From sequence record OR757435: a DNA stretch of 64,000 bases; one strand, given 5' to 3'. Below, one piece after another: positions 59,786 to 64,000 of the stretch (its first letter is position 1; the number at the start of each line of letters is the position of its first letter). The stretch is from Escherichia phage vB-EcoP-XT32. A program made the position numbers and the translations under genes. The notes under the pieces were generated by a model. The model was given only the letters and a program-made list of their open reading frames with translations. It searched no databases and had not been told where the DNA came from.

Positions 59786-60051
59786 ATTGCTTTCAATCTC
59801 ACGCCCAAGAGCTTGCCACTGAAAGTGTTTTGAGTTCTTGGTGTCTGTCCTCTGACAATAAAGATATCGATGTCATGAGGTGCTATGTTATTAAGAACAG
59901 CGTCACGAACAGCCCCACCAGTAATGATGGGACAGATACCATCTGGAATCAAGTTGTTGTTAATCAGCTGTTCAATGAAGTGACGACCGACAGTGATATC
60001 AGGTTGTTGAGCAACCTTATCTTCAATTCGGTTAATCGGGATAACAATCAT
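59782..60051 (-). CDS. pol-beta-superfamily nucleotidyltransferase (CCA-adding/poly(A) polymerase-type head motif)
   Basis: GGAVRDAVLNNIAPHDIDIFI matches the GGxVRD...DxD signature of class II tRNA nucleotidyltransferases; ORF stops 24 aa after the motif. Confidence 0.5.
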   Translation of the reverse strand: MIVIPINRIEDKVAQQPDITVGRHFIEQLINNNLIPDGICPIITGGAVRDAVLNNIAPHDIDIFIVRGQTPRTQNTFSGKLLGVRLKAM

Positions 60052-60052
60052 T

Positions 60053-60607
60053 TTACATTTTCCAATATAATGAAGGTGGGTCGTAAGGGTCAAATCCTGT
60101 GAGTTCACACAAGTATTTATAAACCTTAACGGTTAAGTTAACGTCCTGTTCACAGTAAGTAAACATATCTTCAGTGAAAGCATCCCATGCTTCCTCTTGC
60201 TCACCGTAGTCTCCTTTAAGTTCCTCTAAGAACTCACCCCATTGCTTCAAACCATGACCTCTTGGGCCATGTCTAGGGTCACCTTTCGGATACTCAGGAC
60301 TGTCACCAATACGGTCAGGTTTAAGATATCGACTAAGACACAAGGTGTCGAAGACGTTAAAACGATAGTCGATCAGATTGGGATACATCTTCTTCAGAGC
60401 ACAAAGGTCGAAGTCAATAATATTATGACCTACGAGCACATCAGCTTCTGTAAGTTTACGAACCCCATCTTCAATTTGGTGAGGCCGATAGCCCCACCTT
60501 TCACCAGTTTCAACATCGAAGATGTAAATACACCATACTTTAGTTATGTCATCGTATAGTGCATTACTCTCGATATCAAAAGCAAACACTTTCTTTTTCT
60601 TTACCAC
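60053..60607 (-). CDS. 3'-5' proofreading exonuclease domain of T7-like DNA polymerase, separately encoded
   Basis: Exo I FDIESNAL, Exo II HNIIDFD, Exo III YCEQDV; alignable along its length with the T7 gene 5 N-terminal domain. Confidence 0.75.
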   Translation of the reverse strand: MVKKKKVFAFDIESNALYDDITKVWCIYIFDVETGERWGYRPHQIEDGVRKLTEADVLVGHNIIDFDLCALKKMYPNLIDYRFNVFDTLCLSRYLKPDRIGDSPEYPKGDPRHGPRGHGLKQWGEFLEELKGDYGEQEEAWDAFTEDMFTYCEQDVNLTVKVYKYLCELTGFDPYDPPSLYWKM

Positions 60608-62391
60608 GGTGAAGCTCCATCTGCTTGATTGACGAGAGAAGCTGCATCCTCTCCGTTAGTCAAAACGAATGGATTATCTTCATCAACTTCAAAGTCTTCC
60701 CTTTCTACAAGTCTACCGGTTTCGCTGATATACTTAGTATAGCAGACACCTGTCTGACCGTAGTTACGTTCTTTCAGTAATCGAATGACTGAGAGGTTCT
60801 TAGCTAAGCCGTCAGCTTGCTTGTCACGCTCAAAGCCAATGATACACTGACACCAACGCATAAGGGAACGAGAGCCAGTGAACTGTACTTCACGTACCTG
60901 TCCACCTTCTTCGTGAGGAGCACCACCTGCCGGAGCATTAAGGTGAGATAGCACGAAAGCGGTAAAGTCTAACTCTTTACACATACCAGCAAGCTCTGAA
61001 GCAATCTTACTGATCTCAGTGTTAATCTCTGAAGGTGTTAAATGAGATACCAGAGCGGTAATGTTATCGAGGATGATGAACTTACACTGGTTTTCAACTA
61101 CCCAGAAACGGATACACTGTTTAATGTCTTCCCATTCGTTCTGCCCGAAGTTGTCATACAAGAAGAATTTGTCTGCATAACGAAGTGCTTCATTACGCAA
61201 ATCCTCTTCATCATATTCAACATCTGGTCGGTGGAAAGGAATTGATGCTGACTTACCAGCGATGTTCTTAACAGACATGCCTACCTTCTCTTCCAAGAAG
61301 AAGCCACCTCCATTAAAACCATGCTCTAAGCACAGATGAGCAACCAGCTCGTGAGCAATTAGTGTTTTACCACTACCTACACCACCACCGATGGCTACCA
61401 CCTCTCCCCATCGAATACCGAAGGTCATCTCATTCAGAGTCTTCCACGGATATGGAATACCCCACTCCGCTTTCTTCAGAGCATCATCAAGGCAATCAAA
61501 GATTGTTACAGCACCAGCAGGAGATTCCCGCTTTGCTGAATACTTGAGAATGTTGAATAACTCTTGACCACGACCAGACAGAAGCATGTCATTCGCATCC
61601 TTAATCTCTTTCTCCACACCGTTGTATGGGAAAGTTCCTTTAGGAATACGAGCAAACTTGACATGAGGGAATAAAGAACGACCTTTTGTTAAAGCTATCT
61701 CACCTGCATCGTCATTGTCCATGCAGAGCACAACCTCCTCAAAACCATTTACGAAGTCTCGATTACGAGACAACACAGAAGAGATTGAACCTGCACCGAA
61801 CGGTAAAGAAACACATGCTGGCTTAATATTTGTTGCATTTGTAAAAGCTGTAAGGACATGGAAACCAGACATACAAGATAGCGGGTCTTCAAAAATAAAC
61901 AGCTTCTTGTTGTACACATCTCCACGTTGAGCTTGTGCCATACCAAATAAGTCTGCTTCTTTCACACTGCCAACGTAATAAAACTTCTTACTATCTAGCA
62001 GCTTAACCTCGTAACCAACAATGTTTCCATCACGTTCACGAGGAAAGAAGTAGCTGTCTGGAGTCTGACCATCAGTCTGACTTAGACCAATGCGACACTC
62101 AAAACGCTCTGATACAGCTTTAGGGATTAAACGTCGAGTAAGTTCACCCTGAGGAAGCTCTAAGCAATCATCTAAGACTTCTCTTAACTCTTCAGGGGAT
62201 AACTCTTTCTTCTCATTTGGAGTAGGTGTAGTGCCCTTTTCGAACACTTCGTAATTCCCACAACGGTTACAACTTCCCCACTCCTCACCTGTCTCTTCGT
62301 TACGGAAGAGAATCATGTGGTTGTGGGTTTTATCACGACCATGAGAGATACATTCCTTACAACCTGTGTCTCCCAAAATGATCTTTGACAT
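60601..62391 (-). CDS. primase-helicase (T7 gp4-like)
   Basis: N-terminal Cys4 zinc ribbon (CKEC ... CNRC), TOPRIM-like acidic region, helicase Walker [10 protein letters not shown]; AAGGAGG RBS. Confidence 0.85.
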   Translation of the reverse strand: MSKIILGDTGCKECISHGRDKTHNHMILFRNEETGEEWGSCNRCGNYEVFEKGTTPTPNEKKELSPEELREVLDDCLELPQGELTRRLIPKAVSERFECRIGLSQTDGQTPDSYFFPRERDGNIVGYEVKLLDSKKFYYVGSVKEADLFGMAQAQRGDVYNKKLFIFEDPLSCMSGFHVLTAFTNATNIKPACVSLPFGAGSISSVLSRNRDFVNGFEEVVLCMDNDDAGEIALTKGRSLFPHVKFARIPKGTFPYNGVEKEIKDANDMLLSGRGQELFNILKYSAKRESPAGAVTIFDCLDDALKKAEWGIPYPWKTLNEMTFGIRWGEVVAIGGGVGSGKTLIAHELVAHLCLEHGFNGGGFFLEEKVGMSVKNIAGKSASIPFHRPDVEYDEEDLRNEALRYADKFFLYDNFGQNEWEDIKQCIRFWVVENQCKFIILDNITALVSHLTPSEINTEISKIASELAGMCKELDFTAFVLSHLNAPAGGAPHEEGGQVREVQFTGSRSLMRWCQCIIGFERDKQADGLAKNLSVIRLLKERNYGQTGVCYTKYISETGRLVEREDFEVDEDNPFVLTNGEDAASLVNQADGASPW

Positions 62392-62417
62392 GCTCTTCCT
62401 CCTTGGAATCCTTGAGC

Positions 62418-62621
62418 TTAGTAGAACGAACGAATTTCATCCCACACTTGTTCCTGTTCTTTCCTATAAAAAGAAAGTTGGGTCTTGAACATCTCCACTG
62501 ATGATTCAAAGTTTTTAGATTGTGCAGCTTCAACGAAACGTTCATGTCGGTTGATTTTGCACCGTAGCATTAAATACTTGGCTTCAAGTCTCCGAAGAGC
62601 CTGTCTTTTCTCAAGATTCAC
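62418..62621 (-). CDS. hypothetical small helical protein
   Basis: 67-aa ORF directly upstream of the primase-helicase RBS. Confidence 0.4.
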   Translation of the reverse strand: MNLEKRQALRRLEAKYLMLRCKINRHERFVEAAQSKNFESSVEMFKTQLSFYRKEQEQVWDEIRSFY

Positions 62622-63030
62622 TTTTCAGATACTCTGACCAGTCGCCAGATTCAACCAGAACGTCTTGTTCTTCGTCAATGTGATAAATCCAAGCGATAAC
62701 AGTTTCACCTGAGTCCAGCTTAACGGCAATCTGGGTGCGTTGATAGAAGCTGTCTTCAGGGCTACGTTTGTTGTAACCTTCCAGTCGGTCATATGGGCCT
62801 TCCAGACCTGCTTTGTCAGTAGCAAACACTTCTACACGAACAGGCTTATTGTTATTGCTGTGTGCAAGAGAGATGCTTGGGAAGTAGGAACCACCATAAC
62901 GGAACAGATCAAAGTTGTCTTCAGTCCAACCTTCACCGATTGACTTAGCACCAGCTCGGTCATTAACTAGATAGTTAGCTTGACCACGACGAAGAGAACC
63001 ATAAGTTGCTACGTAAATTACTTCTGACAT
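62611..63030 (-). CDS. gamma-glutamyl cyclotransferase-like (GGCT/AIG2 family) protein
   Basis: N-terminal YVATYGSLRRGQANY matches the AIG2/GGCT motif (Y.F.YGTL..G..N). Confidence 0.55.
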   Translation of the reverse strand: MSEVIYVATYGSLRRGQANYLVNDRAGAKSIGEGWTEDNFDLFRYGGSYFPSISLAHSNNNKPVRVEVFATDKAGLEGPYDRLEGYNKRSPEDSFYQRTQIAVKLDSGETVIAWIYHIDEEQDVLVESGDWSEYLKSES

Positions 63031-63031
63031 T

Positions 63032-63241
63032 TTAAATACCTTTCCAGTCTTTCATGATGTTTTCAATATAAGCACACTGCTGATCAGTGGCTCCTGTTAC
63101 AAACACTTCTAACCCCAACTGCTCGCAGAAGGGATTAAGAATCAATATTCTGGTTTGTCCGTATGAGTGATGCTCTCGGTAGATAACACACCCGGCATCC
63201 CATACAGAGTCAATGGCTTTACTTAATCTTTCATGTTTCAT
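63032..63241 (-). CDS. hypothetical protein
   Basis: 69-aa ORF. Confidence 0.35.
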   Translation of the reverse strand: MKHERLSKAIDSVWDAGCVIYREHHSYGQTRILILNPFCEQLGLEVFVTGATDQQCAYIENIMKDWKGI

Positions 63242-63294
63242 AAAACCTCCAGTTTATCCGAACTAGCCTCCTCTTTCGAAGAGGCTAAAGCAGA

Positions 63295-63480
63295 TTACTC
63301 TGTAATAAAGATTTTGATTACACCGCAGATTGCCGCACTTTCAAACACTGCAACAGCTTCACTTCCTTGAAAGAAGGCCACTTTGCCATCAGAGAAGTTA
63401 AACATGTCAGCATCTAGGTCCATAGCTCGCATTTCGCCAGCTGCATTGGTGTCTTTAAACAGAACTTTATACTTATTCAC
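63295..63480 (-). CDS. hypothetical protein
   Basis: 61-aa ORF; hairpin in the gap downstream. Confidence 0.35.
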   Translation of the reverse strand: MNKYKVLFKDTNAAGEMRAMDLDADMFNFSDGKVAFFQGSEAVAVFESAAICGVIKIFITE

Positions 63481-63725
63481 AGATATGTTACTCCTTTGTC
63501 TTGTTGTGCTTCAGTGATGATACGTTCTACGCATTCCATAGAGTATTTATCACCACGTTTTAGGAAAGTTACAATTGCAGAGAATTGATTACCAACCATT
63601 CGCTGATTAGTAATACCCCACTCCTCACACAATTTACGCAACTCTTTACGAGAGCCTACAATAAGAGGCTCTTTTTGTTCCATCATTCCATTTTGTACTA
63701 GATCTTCCAATGAAAACATATCCAT
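63477..63725 (-). CDS. hypothetical protein
   Basis: 82-aa ORF with ATGA overlap. Confidence 0.4.
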   Translation of the reverse strand: MDMFSLEDLVQNGMMEQKEPLIVGSRKELRKLCEEWGITNQRMVGNQFSAIVTFLKRGDKYSMECVERIITEAQQDKGVTYL

Positions 63726-63731
63726 ATATCC

Positions 63732-63980
63732 TTAGTAGTTTACAACAGTGCCATCATTCAGGGTAAGACTATTAATCTGCAACACACGACCAAGCTGACG
63801 ATCGCTAATCGGTGCGTTCCAGCCAGAGCGGTAGAAGTTACGACCACAGAAGAACAAGATCACATTACTTGCTACAGTTGAACCGTTCTCAGGGTGCTTG
63901 ATGTTAGCAATATAATAGCCACGACGTAAAGCACGACGGGTTACAGGGTTGATCTCTAACCCTTGTTCTTCAACTTGCAT
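63732..63980 (-). CDS. hypothetical protein
   Basis: 82-aa ORF near window end. Confidence 0.35.
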   Translation of the reverse strand: MQVEEQGLEINPVTRRALRRGYYIANIKHPENGSTVASNVILFFCGRNFYRSGWNAPISDRQLGRVLQINSLTLNDGTVVNY

Positions 63981-64000
63981 TGTTTCAGGAACAGGTTCCG

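Noticed and set aside
62357-62545. 62-aa ORF overlapping the primase-helicase start
   Set aside because: Overlaps both the primase-helicase RBS/start and the better-supported 62418..62621 gene.

Overview
This window is a 64-kb slice of a densely coding tailed dsDNA bacteriophage genome; all calls are from reading the sequence and ORF track, with no database searches run. It has four blocks. (1) 1-10056: minus-strand block of small early-type genes, including exported/membrane proteins, a SleB-like cell-wall hydrolase and a 1.5-kb ORF-free, repeat-bearing region (6120-7700). (2) 10057-11383: divergent, repeat-rich intergenic region, a candidate origin/early-promoter zone. (3) 11384-40201: plus-strand morphogenesis block with putative small and large terminase, portal, scaffold, a major capsid gene whose 3' end carries a candidate -1 frameshift into an Ig-like domain, a beta-helix tailspike with perfect 90-bp tandem repeats, GH24 lysozyme, an Ig-domain tail protein, an SLT transglycosylase and large virion proteins. 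(4) 40246-64000: minus-strand T7-like replication and nucleotide-metabolism block with primase-helicase, a family-A DNA polymerase split into separately encoded exonuclease and polymerase genes 8.3 kb apart, 5'-3' exonuclease, putative SSB, ThyX, dCTP deaminase, dNMP kinase and PhoH. Accessory genes in block 4 include a TARG1/DarG-like macro domain, a SLOG-like protein, an ECF-like sigma factor, thioredoxin, Dps, a pol-beta-type nucleotidyltransferase, a GGCT-like protein and an overlapped spanin pair. Six HNH endonucleases are scattered through the window. 56953-57447 is an assembly gap (495 N). No rRNA, tRNA or CRISPR array was recognised. Many ORF-track starts are GTG/TTG, so several starts were re-set to RBS-supported ATGs.
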